A DNA stretch of 64,000 bases from Kiritimatiellia bacterium (lineage in GTDB: Bacteria; Verrucomicrobiota; Kiritimatiellia; CAIQIC01; Lenti-01), in NCBI GenBank assembly GCA_028681135.1, contig JAQUJC010000004.1:8107-72106 (forward strand), written 5' to 3'. Position 1 is the stretch's first letter, and the number at the start of each line of letters is the position of its first letter. Positions 1-8,815 of the stretch are shown one piece after another. The notes under the pieces are model-generated. The model worked only from the letters and a program-made list of their open reading frames with translations, did no database searches and was not told the DNA's origin. Both the position numbers and the translations under genes were made by a program.

Positions 1-438
1 GCCCATCACCTTTTCCACCCCGGCGCGGTTGTACCAACTGCGATCAAAAAGCACCATTTCGCCCGCCGTCGGCAACTGCATCACATAACGCTCGAAATAC
101 CACTGTGATTTTTGCTTGTCCGTCGGGGTGCCCAACGCCACCACGCGGCACACGCGTGGATTCAACCGCTGGGTGATGCGTTTAATAACTCCGCCCTTGC
201 CCGCCGCGTCGCGCCCCTCGAAAATCACCACCACCTTGAGCCCCTTGGCCTTGATCCATTCCTGCAGCTTCACCAGCTCCACCTGCAGCTTGGCCAGTTC
301 TTTATTATACTTCCAGGTCTTCTTCGGCTTCGATGGTTTCTTGGATTCCTGCTTCGCAGCCTTGGCCGCCTTGGAGGCGGAGGGTGATTTTCTTGCCCCT
401 TTGGCTGCTGTTGCCTTCTTTGCCTTCATGCCCACTCC
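1..438 (-). CDS. ppk2: Polyphosphate kinase 2 (PPK2), N-terminal part. The gene continues beyond the window's left edge, so its 3' end is missing.
   Basis: The reverse-strand translation from the ATG at 436-438 reads [143 protein letters not shown]. It contains the PPK2 Walker-A-like motif (GRDAAGKGG) and the YFERY and DRSWYNR motifs. The gene is missing from the ORF track because it is truncated by the window edge. Confidence 0.85.
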
Positions 439-512
439 TTTCGGCCACGGCGACCCCGGCCATATCTTTAGCGTACCCTGCCCCCCTCCCCCCCGCCAAG
501 CTTCTTTTGATC

Positions 513-569
513 GCAACTTTCAAGATTCAAGGGCTGACCCCCAACTTTCAAGATTCAAGGGCTGACCCC
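513..569. repeat. Tandem direct repeat of a 28-29 bp unit (caactttcaagattcaagggctgacccc), two copies.
   Basis: The two copies sit at 513-541 and 542-569 and are visible directly in the sequence. They share the motif aagggctgacccc with the adjacent palindrome. Confidence 0.8.
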
Positions 570-580
570 ACTGAAGTGTA

Positions 581-631
581 ATGTTGTATGTGAAGGGCTG
601 ACCCCCGGGGTCAGCCCTTCACATACAACAT
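581..631. terminator. Perfect 25-bp-arm inverted repeat (atgttgtatgtgaagggctgacccc / ggggtcagcccttcacatacaacat). It is a putative transcription terminator or structured element, 8 bp after the pbpC stop.
   Basis: The palindrome is perfect with a single central nucleotide. It lies immediately 3' of the minus-strand pbpC stop at 640-642. No canonical U-tract follows it on the minus strand, so terminator function is uncertain. Confidence 0.5.
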
Positions 632-639
632 TTCAGACT

Positions 640-2973
640 TCATTCCACCACGATTTGAACCCCATCGCTAAGGCCGCGGGCGCTGGCGCAGACGATCTGG
701 TGGTGGCCGCGTTCGAGGGGCCAGAAGAGCGGTTGTCCCGAGCGGGACTGTCCCACGGGGCGGTCGTCGATGAACCAATGCAGTGTCTCGTCGGCGCGGT
801 CGGTGGCGGCTTCGAGCGCTAGTTGTTGGCAGAGGGTCTCGTGGCTGGGCATCTGCCGATAGACGCTATCCCGCGCCGGGGTGAGAATCCGCAGTGCGGC
901 CATGGGCGACTCACTGGCCGGTGTCATGCGGCGGTTGAGGAACGACGCGACCGCGGCGGGCCAAACGGCCTCGGGCCCCGTCCGATGCACGGGGCAAGTC
1001 GTATGGCGCGACACCTGGGCAATGCTCCAGTCCTCGATGTGCTGCGTGCAATGCGGTCCCGGTACGCCTCCGCTGACGGCGCATACCGTTCGCAATTCCA
1101 CGCCCGCCGGACGAGCAAAGGCCGGCCCGGTATTATCCGGATAGAGTTGGCGCACCATATCCCATGCGATCGGGGTTGCCGCCAGGCGCCCGACCAGGGT
1201 GTCCGATCCGCTGCCATCGGCATTCCCCACCCAGACCCCCACGACGATGTCCGGATTCCAGGCGACGGTCCACGCATCGCGCAGCCCCGCCGAGGTTCCC
1301 GTCTTCCAGGCCATCGGCGGCAGCCGTACATCCGCCAGATGCCCCGTTGCATCCATTGCACGCTCGTTGCCCGAGAGCATCTCGCTCACCAGCCAGCAGG
1401 CTTCGGGCGAGAACACCGGCTTGAGCGTCAGCGCCGCGGTGGACTCCAGCACCCGCACGGGTGCCCATTGGCCACCCCGCGCCAGACAGGCATAGGCATT
1501 CGCCAGTTCCAGCAGCCGCACCTCCGCGCCGCCCAGCACCAGCCCCAGCCCATAATGCTCCGCGGGGTGCGTCAGGGTCGTCAATCCCACCTCGCATAAC
1601 GTGGCATGGAAGCGCGCCGGTCCCGTCCGGCGCACCACGTCAATGGCCGGTAAATTCAGCGACAAAACCAGCGCCTCCCTCGCGCTGACCACACCGCGAA
1701 ACTCAGGCGAATAATTTTGTGGATCAAAGTCGCGAAATCGCATGGGCACATCGGCCAACATCGTGGCGGGAGTGATGAGGCCCCGGTCGAACGCCAGCGC
1801 ATAGGCAAAGGGCTTGAGGGTAGAGCCGGCGGCGCGGGCCGCGGTAGCACCATTCACCTGCCCGGCCCGCGGCGCGAAATAATCCGGCGAGCCCACCAGC
1901 GCGCGCACTGCGCCAGTCTGCACGTCGAGCACCACAATCGCCCCACTGGTGGCCGCGTTGTCGTTCAGCCGCCGCCGCAAGACGCCCTCCGCTATGCGCT
2001 GCCACTCGGCATCGAGGGTGGTTGTGATCAGGCCCTTTTCACGCGGGGATGTCGGCACCCCGACCCAATCGCAGAAATGTGGCGCGCGGAAGGGATAGCG
2101 CCCCGGACGCAGAGATAGCGGCTGCGCCAGCGCGTCGGCCCGCTGTTGGGGTGTAATCTGTCCGCACGCCTCCATCCGTTCCAGCACATAGGCCTGGCGG
2201 ACGTTGGCCCGCTCGGGGTGCCGATCGGGCCGCAGCCGCGAGGGCGACTGCGGCAACCCGGCCAGCAGGGCGGCTTCGGCCAAACTGAGGTGCGCCGGTC
2301 GCTTCCCAAAATAGCGCTGTGCGGCCGCCTCGATGCCTACGATGTTGCCGCCAAACGGCGCGCGGTCCAGATAATGGGCCAATATCTCGCGCTTATCACA
2401 GCGCCGTTCCAGTTGCAGCGCGCGGAAGGCCTCGATGGCCTTGGTCAGGAGCGTACGCCGCCGGGGGTGGGCCATTCGGATTACCTGAGTGGAGATTGTG
2501 GAGGCCCCCGACACCCGACGCCCCGACCCGATATTCTGTCCGATGGCCCGCACCAGCGCGAGCGGGTCAATCCCGCCATGCTGCCAAAACCGCTGGTCTT
2601 CCGCCGCGACAATCGCCTGGTCAATCCAATGCGATGGATCGGGCTGATACCCCGCTCGGCAATCGAATCCGCCCGCCCCCAGCCGGATCCGCAGGGGGGC
2701 CCCGTGGCGATCCGCCACGACGACCGCCCGCGGCAGGTGATTCAGCGCCGCCTCTGGGAATGGCACCACATGCAATGCAAGCCAGATCGCGGCGGGCACC
2801 AGCAAAACCAAACCCCATACCACGAGACGGCCGTGGCCTGCGGGTAGGGCGAGGCCTCCCCGCCGAGCCGCTTGAATGGATCGGCTCACCGGGACGGTTC
2901 GCCCTACCCCATTTCTGGCTGTCTCGACGCCCCCGTCGGGGGGATGCCGTCTCTTTTGCCGTGGATTCTTCAC
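640..2973 (-). CDS. pbpC: Penicillin-binding protein 1C. It is a bifunctional class A PBP with GT51 transglycosylase and transpeptidase domains.
   Basis: GT51 motifs are present (EDQRFWQHGGIDPLALVRA and GASTISTQV). The transpeptidase STLKPF (SxxK) motif and a C-terminal PbpC-type domain are also present. The start overlaps the stop of the upstream A2M gene by 4 nt at 2970-2973. A2M-pbpC synteny is conserved in E. coli. Confidence 0.85.
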   Translation of the reverse strand: MKNPRQKRRHPPDGGVETARNGVGRTVPVSRSIQAARRGGLALPAGHGRLVVWGLVLLVPAAIWLALHVVPFPEAALNHLPRAVVVADRHGAPLRIRLGAGGFDCRAGYQPDPSHWIDQAIVAAEDQRFWQHGGIDPLALVRAIGQNIGSGRRVSGASTISTQVIRMAHPRRRTLLTKAIEAFRALQLERRCDKREILAHYLDRAPFGGNIVGIEAAAQRYFGKRPAHLSLAEAALLAGLPQSPSRLRPDRHPERANVRQAYVLERMEACGQITPQQRADALAQPLSLRPGRYPFRAPHFCDWVGVPTSPREKGLITTTLDAEWQRIAEGVLRRRLNDNAATSGAIVVLDVQTGAVRALVGSPDYFAPRAGQVNGATAARAAGSTLKPFAYALAFDRGLITPATMLADVPMRFRDFDPQNYSPEFRGVVSAREALVLSLNLPAIDVVRRTGPARFHATLCEVGLTTLTHPAEHYGLGLVLGGAEVRLLELANAYACLARGGQWAPVRVLESTAALTLKPVFSPEACWLVSEMLSGNERAMDATGHLADVRLPPMAWKTGTSAGLRDAWTVAWNPDIVVGVWVGNADGSGSDTLVGRLAATPIAWDMVRQLYPDNTGPAFARPAGVELRTVCAVSGGVPGPHCTQHIEDWSIAQVSRHTTCPVHRTGPEAVWPAAVASFLNRRMTPASESPMAALRILTPARDSVYRQMPSHETLCQQLALEAATDRADETLHWFIDDRPVGQSRSGQPLFWPLERGHHQIVCASARGLSDGVQIVVE

Positions 2974-5900
2974 GGTACGACGTGCACTTCTCCACCGCCG
3001 CCCACGCCGCGGATATCCGGCTCATACATGCCCGAGACCACCACCGGCGGCAGGACATATACCCCCGGCGTCACCGCGCGCACGGCGTAATGGAACTGGG
3101 CCGGTTTCCAAATGGCCCCGGTGAAGATCAGCATCCGGTCATCCCGGGCATCGCGATACTGATCGCCTTCTTTCTTCTGTTTCAACCAGGGCACCTGCTG
3201 GGACGCCGCAAAATTGGGATTTTCGATCTCGAGCCCCGCCGGCAGCAAATCCTCGATCACCAGTTGATCGAGACGATTACCCAGCGGGTCCACGGTCAAC
3301 CGCACCACCCGTAACGCCCCTTGCGGCAGCGCCGTCATGTCGGCCGCATTCCCGGAGAGGTCCAGGAATTCACGCTGAATGGCGACGCCATTGCTCGTCG
3401 CCGTCTCGGGTGTCATTGCGACGCCCTCATGGCGCGCCCACAGGTAGAGTTTGCCGGGGCCGTCATTCTGAACGCGCAGGGGCGCCACCGCACCGGGCCC
3501 CGCCGACCACGTAACATCGTTGGTGGGGCCCACAGTCATGGTGCGGCCATCGGGGAGCGTCACCACGGCAGAAAAGGGTTCTTCCGTATCGGGCAGATAG
3601 CGCGCCAGCTTACCAACGGCCAGCAGCGCGAGTGCATTATCCTGGGTGTTGCCCCAATGCCCATCCCGCTGCCGGTCGCGCAAGGCCTGAGCCAATCGCG
3701 CGACGGCGGCATTATCTGGATCCACCTCCAGCCACGCCGAGAGCAGCAAGGCGGCGTCGCGCACATCACTATCCAAGAGCCGTCCGGGGGTGCGGGTACG
3801 CGACACCGGCAGCGCCAACGTCTCCATCAGTGCCACCGCCTGGCGCGGCTCGCCCGCCAGAATCAGCGCCGCGGCCGTCTGGGCTTTGGCGGCAAAACTG
3901 AGCTGATCGGCCTGCTCGCGCAACCGCGCATTCCAGCCAGCATCCGGCCGTCCCGCCAGCGCCAACACCTGGCAATAGTATGCGCGCATGCCCATCTCGG
4001 TGCGCCAAGTTTCCGGGCTGGCGCCAGGCGGAACTGCGCGATCAAGACGCCCGCGCACCCAGGCCAGGCCCGCCTCGAGTGGGCCCTCCGGCACCGTAAA
4101 CCCGGCAGCTTTGGCCTCGACCAGAAAGTGAATCGTATAGATGGATTCCTCCACAGCGGTTCCTCGCAAGAACGGCCAGAGCGCAAAGCCGCCATTCTCC
4201 TGCTGCATGGACAGCGCCCGCGCAATGGCCTGCGACACGATCATGTCGCAGTCACCCACGGCACGTTTCCCGGGCAGCAGACGCTCCACCCAGTCCTCGG
4301 CGTAGAGCAGCGGGAACGCCTCCGACACCGTCTGTTCGAGACAGCCATAGGGATAGTGAATCAGGTAGTCCAGCGCCCGCCCCACCTGGGCCGAGGGCAG
4401 CGACGACAGCGCACCCGACGCAAACAGCGATTCCGGCAACCAGTCGGCCGGTGCCTCGACATCCAGCGACTCGCCCGGCTTGAGCACCTGGAGGGTCGTC
4501 GCCACGCGAGTGCCAGCCGCGGGCCGCACCGCCAGCTCGATCGTCTCCCGATAGGTTTCGGTGCCCGCCACGATCTCGAGGGTACACAATGCTTTTCCAG
4601 GCCCCGGCCCGGCCGTCAGCGAGAGGGGCAGATGGGCCGCCTCCCCCGCCGCCAAGGTCACGGTCTGCTCGGCCTGCGCGACCTGCAACGGCCCGCCGCA
4701 CGTCACGCGCACGGTGGCCGACTTCGCCTCATCGCTGATATTATGCAACGCCACCGATGCCTCGGCCCGGTCGCCCAGCGCCAGGAACCGCGGCAGCGCG
4801 GGCTGGATCACGACCTCGCGCCGCACCACGACCGCGGTCGAGGTGGACCCGCACTGCGTCGTATTAAATGCGACCGCCATCACTCGCAGTTCGCCGCTGA
4901 ATTCGGGCAGGTCTATCTGAAAGTCTGCGTGTCCCTCCGCATCCAGCGGCACGTCGGCCACCCACAAGGCCAGGGGCTTAAAGCGATTGGCCTTGATGGG
5001 ATTCAGCCGCTTACGCAAAGCGCCCGCCCCATCGCCCCCCGCCGCGGGTGTGCTCACCAGCTCCTCCTCCAGGATCGGCATCAACTCGCTATACAGGTCA
5101 TAAGCCGACGACATCAACGCGCGCTGGGCGGTAAAGAGTTGCAGGGGGTCCGGGGTCTGGAACACCGTCAACAGGCAGATCGCCTCGTCCACGGCCATCA
5201 CGGTTACCCGCCCCGCCGCCGGCGCCCCCGTGGAAGTGCAAACCGTCACAGACCCTGTCAATGGTGCCTGCGGATGCGTCGTTTGGGGTGCATCAATGGT
5301 CACGCGCAACTCCCGCTGGGGCTGCTCCACCGGCAACGCAATAGTCCCGATGGCCCGGTGCGCGCTCCAGACCGCCTCCGCCGTTGCCGGACGAATCAGG
5401 GTCAACGTACACCAGGCGTTGGGCGCGTACAGCGCCTCCACGGGCACCTCGATCTCGGCGGTATTCTTCTCCAGGATGACCACCCGGGCTTCGTGTACGT
5501 GGTCCGTTTCGACCGTCAGCAATGCCCGGCCGGTAAAGGGTGCGCGCACCTGTAAGCGAGCGGTCTCGCCCGCGCGAAACTGCGGCCTGTCCCACGACAA
5601 GTCGATGTGGCCTGGCTTTTCCCGGCTCCAGGCCGCCCACGCCGGATCCGCCGATGCCACCCAAAACGTCAGCCGCGCGGCGGCGCCCGACGCCGGTTCC
5701 ACCGCGGCCAGCATGTACTCACCCGGGGCATCCACGGCAAAGCTCCAGTCCCGCGGCTCGCCCCCCGCTGCGAGGGTATCCTGATGAATCTCGATAACCT
5801 GCCGTTCCGATTTCCATTCATAGAGCCCGACCCGGTTGCGGCGCAGCACCGAACTCCAGGTCACTCGCGACACGGTCAGGACCAGCGGCTTGTCAGCCGT

Positions 5901-6446
5901 GACCGGCGTGCCATCCGGCTGAACCTCGACCACAGCCACGCGTTGGGTCACGCCCACCCGCGGCGCCCGGCCCCACGAGGGTTTCAGGCCCACATAAAAC
6001 GGATACGCATCAACCCGCGCCGACCCATAGGCGGTTACGGCACGCCCGCTGGACTCCATCACGGTGGCACCCAACACCACGCTCAATGCTGCGGGGGGGC
6101 GCCAGGCCTTGCGTGTATCCACCACAAACTGCCCCGCGCCTTCGGCATCAAGGTGCCCCGCGCCAATTTTCCGATGGATGGGGGCAAATTCTTTTTCCGG
6201 ATCGCCGAAAGTCCACCCCGGCCAATTGGAGGGGGAGAATGGGGCCGGCGCGACTGTTGCCATGGCTGTCACCTTGAGACCCGCCGCCGGGGCTCCGAAC
6301 AAATGCTCGCCGTGCGCGTTAAAGGTCAGCACATCGCCCGCCGCGGCCCGCCCCGGCGGTGACTCCACCTCGACACGAATTTGCGGCGGAACAAAGTCTT
6401 CGAGTGCCACCGCGGTCTGCCCCAGCACCGTATGGGTACCCGGCAT
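2970..6446 (-). CDS. Alpha-2-macroglobulin family protein, C-terminal 1158-aa portion. It carries a thioester-type CLEQ motif.
   Basis: The translation shows MG-domain-like repeats, the GCLEQTVSEAFPLLY thioester region, and an alpha-helical TED-like region. It lies in the same reading frame as the upstream ORF 6453..8381, separated from it only by a TAA stop and two codons. Confidence 0.8.
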   Translation of the reverse strand: MPGTHTVLGQTAVALEDFVPPQIRVEVESPPGRAAAGDVLTFNAHGEHLFGAPAAGLKVTAMATVAPAPFSPSNWPGWTFGDPEKEFAPIHRKIGAGHLDAEGAGQFVVDTRKAWRPPAALSVVLGATVMESSGRAVTAYGSARVDAYPFYVGLKPSWGRAPRVGVTQRVAVVEVQPDGTPVTADKPLVLTVSRVTWSSVLRRNRVGLYEWKSERQVIEIHQDTLAAGGEPRDWSFAVDAPGEYMLAAVEPASGAAARLTFWVASADPAWAAWSREKPGHIDLSWDRPQFRAGETARLQVRAPFTGRALLTVETDHVHEARVVILEKNTAEIEVPVEALYAPNAWCTLTLIRPATAEAVWSAHRAIGTIALPVEQPQRELRVTIDAPQTTHPQAPLTGSVTVCTSTGAPAAGRVTVMAVDEAICLLTVFQTPDPLQLFTAQRALMSSAYDLYSELMPILEEELVSTPAAGGDGAGALRKRLNPIKANRFKPLALWVADVPLDAEGHADFQIDLPEFSGELRVMAVAFNTTQCGSTSTAVVVRREVVIQPALPRFLALGDRAEASVALHNISDEAKSATVRVTCGGPLQVAQAEQTVTLAAGEAAHLPLSLTAGPGPGKALCTLEIVAGTETYRETIELAVRPAAGTRVATTLQVLKPGESLDVEAPADWLPESLFASGALSSLPSAQVGRALDYLIHYPYGCLEQTVSEAFPLLYAEDWVERLLPGKRAVGDCDMIVSQAIARALSMQQENGGFALWPFLRGTAVEESIYTIHFLVEAKAAGFTVPEGPLEAGLAWVRGRLDRAVPPGASPETWRTEMGMRAYYCQVLALAGRPDAGWNARLREQADQLSFAAKAQTAAALILAGEPRQAVALMETLALPVSRTRTPGRLLDSDVRDAALLLSAWLEVDPDNAAVARLAQALRDRQRDGHWGNTQDNALALLAVGKLARYLPDTEEPFSAVVTLPDGRTMTVGPTNDVTWSAGPGAVAPLRVQNDGPGKLYLWARHEGVAMTPETATSNGVAIQREFLDLSGNAADMTALPQGALRVVRLTVDPLGNRLDQLVIEDLLPAGLEIENPNFAASQQVPWLKQKKEGDQYRDARDDRMLIFTGAIWKPAQFHYAVRAVTPGVYVLPPVVVSGMYEPDIRGVGGGGEVHVVP

Positions 6447-6452
6447 GGCCAG

Positions 6453-8381
6453 TTAAAAGCGATAGCGCCCCGTCGGCAGATAATCCGGCAAGGTCACCTC
6501 GCAGGTAGCCGACCCCATATCATCCAGCTCAACTGTGATATCCCGGAACAGGTTTCCATCCGGCCGCCAGACGCGCATCAGCGCCGGGAACGGCGCGGGG
6601 GCGCGCATCTGATCGTCACGCGCCAAGACCTGCACAAACACATTTTCGCCCGGACGATAAATGCCGCGTTCGGTAAAGACAGCCGCCTCAAGCTGGCCCG
6701 GTTGCAGATAGGCCCGCCCCCCCGTCCCGGCCGCGGCAGCGACACCGGTGCGCTCCAGGTCAATATAGGTCAAGTCCCCTTCGGTCTCAGCCACCACCAC
6801 AAACGGCGTCTCGCCCTCGGGCAGTACCATACGCGCCAGCCCCTGTTCATCCGTGGCCCCCCGCGCGATGACCTGATTATTGCGGGCATAGACCGTCACC
6901 GCGGCATCGGCAACGGGTTCGGCACTTCCCAGGCGATTGACCCAAGCCAGGACACGCCCTTCGGACACCCGCGTCGCGAGCCCCAAGTCCGTCACAACCA
7001 GCAAACGCCCATCGCCCCGCGCATGTTCCTCGCCCACCTCCAGCCAATAGATGCCGCGCGGCTCGCCTGCCGTCAGCCGCCGCAATTCCACCCGACTGCG
7101 CACGGGCGCCCCATCCGTTGCCGGTGCCAGCGTATTGGTAATCGCGCTGCCGGACCCGGTCAAATCGTCAGCGGTTTTCCCATAATAGCGATATCGTCTG
7201 GTTTCTCTAAGCGCCAATTGCACGAGGTTATTCGCGAAGACGGGACTTAACCGCGCCACATACTGCTCCAAATTCGCCGCCAGCACCGGCACGCACAAGG
7301 CCCCCCCCGGTGCCAGATAGCGCCCCGGCGAATCAACCCGCACGGCTTTTTTACGCGGGGGAAACTGAATCTTGCGGGACAGGGTCTGCGGCAGGCTCGA
7401 CCCATTGGCCGCTGGCAAGCCCTCTTTGAACGTGATGTCATAAATCGCGCCCGGCTGGAAATCGCCCCGCACCAGCAGTCCCTTCCACCAGTATGCATTC
7501 ACCGACTCCACCGTAAACGCCACCGCGGGATCAACCGTCACATACTCCTTGATCTCATTCCACTCTGGCCGGGCCGTAAAATCAGCCCGTAGAACCAGCG
7601 AATCGAACGCCGGGCTTTCCACCTCCACATTACGCAACAACATATTCATTTCCATCTTGAGCGACCCCTTCTTGCGGCGGTCGGTCGGCTGGGAATCGCT
7701 TGCGGAAGGCAACCCTGCCTCCAGCACATACTCCAGTTTCTCGCCCAGCACCGGGCGGGTTTGCAGCAGCAAGACATTGGGTTCCGGCGTCCTGTTCAGT
7801 TGATACGCCACCTCGCCCTGCCCCGGCACCGACAGCGTCAGGAACCGTGTCATCTGGGCGCGGTCAGGCTGGTCACTGAAAGTCAGACGCACGATCAGCT
7901 CACGCTCCGGCGACACATCAACCTGTTCCACCTTTCGCAGCCGCAGAATACGCTTCACCACGGGCGCCGACTTTTCCGTGGTCTTGGGCGCTGCCGCCCC
8001 CGCCAACTCCATCCGCGTCAGATGATCTGTCACGCGCCACACGCCATAGCCATTCACCAGCAGGAAGGCCAGCGCCAGGGCGAACCACCGCCCCGCCCGG
8101 CTTCGGTTCAGGTCCTGCCCGGCCATCACCGCCCCGCCCACGGCCACCTCGGCCGCGGCTTCGGCGAAGGTCTCCGGCGGGTCCATTTCCGCCAAAATAT
8201 GCTCGATGGTTTCCAGGCCCTCTTCGCCCCGCGCGGCAGCCCGGCGCCAGGCCTCGGCAATATGGTCCCGTAGCCCCGCCACTACCTCGTGACGCACCGC
8301 CGGGGGCTTGTGCGCCAAATGACGCTCCACCTCATGCAGATACGCCTCCACCCGCTGAACGACCGCTTTGTTATTCTTCAT
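6453..8381 (-). CDS. Alpha-2-macroglobulin N-terminal portion. It is fused to an N-terminal cytoplasmic DUF1700/HAAS-like helical domain and a single TM anchor. The C-terminal portion is separated by an in-frame TAA.
   Basis: The N-terminus reads MKNNKAVVQRVEAYLHEVERHLAHKPPAVRHEVVAGLRDHIAEAWRRAAARGEEGLETIEHILAEMDPPETFAE, which has the DUF1700/HAAS pattern. A TM helix (WFALALAFLLVNGYGVW) follows. After that come A2M-type MG domains (GIYWLEV..LLVVTDLGLATR and RGIYRPGENVFVQVLARD). The ATG at 8379-8381 overlaps the PadR stop at 8378-8380 (ATGA coupling). The longer track ORF starting at 8540 would overlap PadR by 160 nt and is rejected. Confidence 0.75.
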   Translation of the reverse strand: MKNNKAVVQRVEAYLHEVERHLAHKPPAVRHEVVAGLRDHIAEAWRRAAARGEEGLETIEHILAEMDPPETFAEAAAEVAVGGAVMAGQDLNRSRAGRWFALALAFLLVNGYGVWRVTDHLTRMELAGAAAPKTTEKSAPVVKRILRLRKVEQVDVSPERELIVRLTFSDQPDRAQMTRFLTLSVPGQGEVAYQLNRTPEPNVLLLQTRPVLGEKLEYVLEAGLPSASDSQPTDRRKKGSLKMEMNMLLRNVEVESPAFDSLVLRADFTARPEWNEIKEYVTVDPAVAFTVESVNAYWWKGLLVRGDFQPGAIYDITFKEGLPAANGSSLPQTLSRKIQFPPRKKAVRVDSPGRYLAPGGALCVPVLAANLEQYVARLSPVFANNLVQLALRETRRYRYYGKTADDLTGSGSAITNTLAPATDGAPVRSRVELRRLTAGEPRGIYWLEVGEEHARGDGRLLVVTDLGLATRVSEGRVLAWVNRLGSAEPVADAAVTVYARNNQVIARGATDEQGLARMVLPEGETPFVVVAETEGDLTYIDLERTGVAAAAGTGGRAYLQPGQLEAAVFTERGIYRPGENVFVQVLARDDQMRAPAPFPALMRVWRPDGNLFRDITVELDDMGSATCEVTLPDYLPTGRYRF

Positions 8382-8719
8382 GTCCCGGATTCCTTGTCCT
8401 GCTTCAATTGCTCCATCGCTGCCACCAACATCGGCCAATAGGCATTCATTTCCGCCAGGCGCACCTTGCCCCGCGGCGTCAACGTGAAATAGCGCCGCGG
8501 CGGCCCCGACCCCGATGGCACGTCGCGCGACTTCAGACACCCCTCCGAGCGCAGCCGTCCCAAAATCGGATACACGGTGCTCTCCGAGACCGACAAATCC
8601 TCGATCCGCTTCAGAGCCTGGACGATCTCATAGCCATAGTTCTCCCCCCGCCGCAGCACCAGCAGCACACAGTACTCCAGCAACCCCTTGCGTAATTGGG
8701 TGATCCACCCTTCGATCAT
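8378..8719 (-). CDS. PadR-family transcriptional regulator.
   Basis: The 113-aa product (GLLEYCVLLVLRRGENYGYEIVQALKRIEDLSVSESTVYPILGRLRSEGCLKS) is a typical PadR winged-HTH. Its stop overlaps the start codon of the downstream HAAS-domain gene. Confidence 0.85.
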   Translation of the reverse strand: MIEGWITQLRKGLLEYCVLLVLRRGENYGYEIVQALKRIEDLSVSESTVYPILGRLRSEGCLKSRDVPSGSGPPRRYFTLTPRGKVRLAEMNAYWPMLVAAMEQLKQDKESGT

Positions 8720-8815
8720 GAGCTACTCCGCATCATGTATTACGTAATACATACTACCGGGTCAGCCGTCAAGCCCCTTTCCAATAATTAGAGTCTTGGG
8801 TCTCCCATTGCGCGG

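Noticed and set aside
3321-5555. 744-aa plus-strand ORF, plus many other long antisense ORFs inside pbpC/A2M. Examples are 823..1599, 2319..3314 and 5607..6362.
   Set aside because: These are Arg/Gly/Pro/His-rich translations with no motifs. They are antisense to strongly supported A2M and PbpC genes. They are typical high-GC spurious ORFs.
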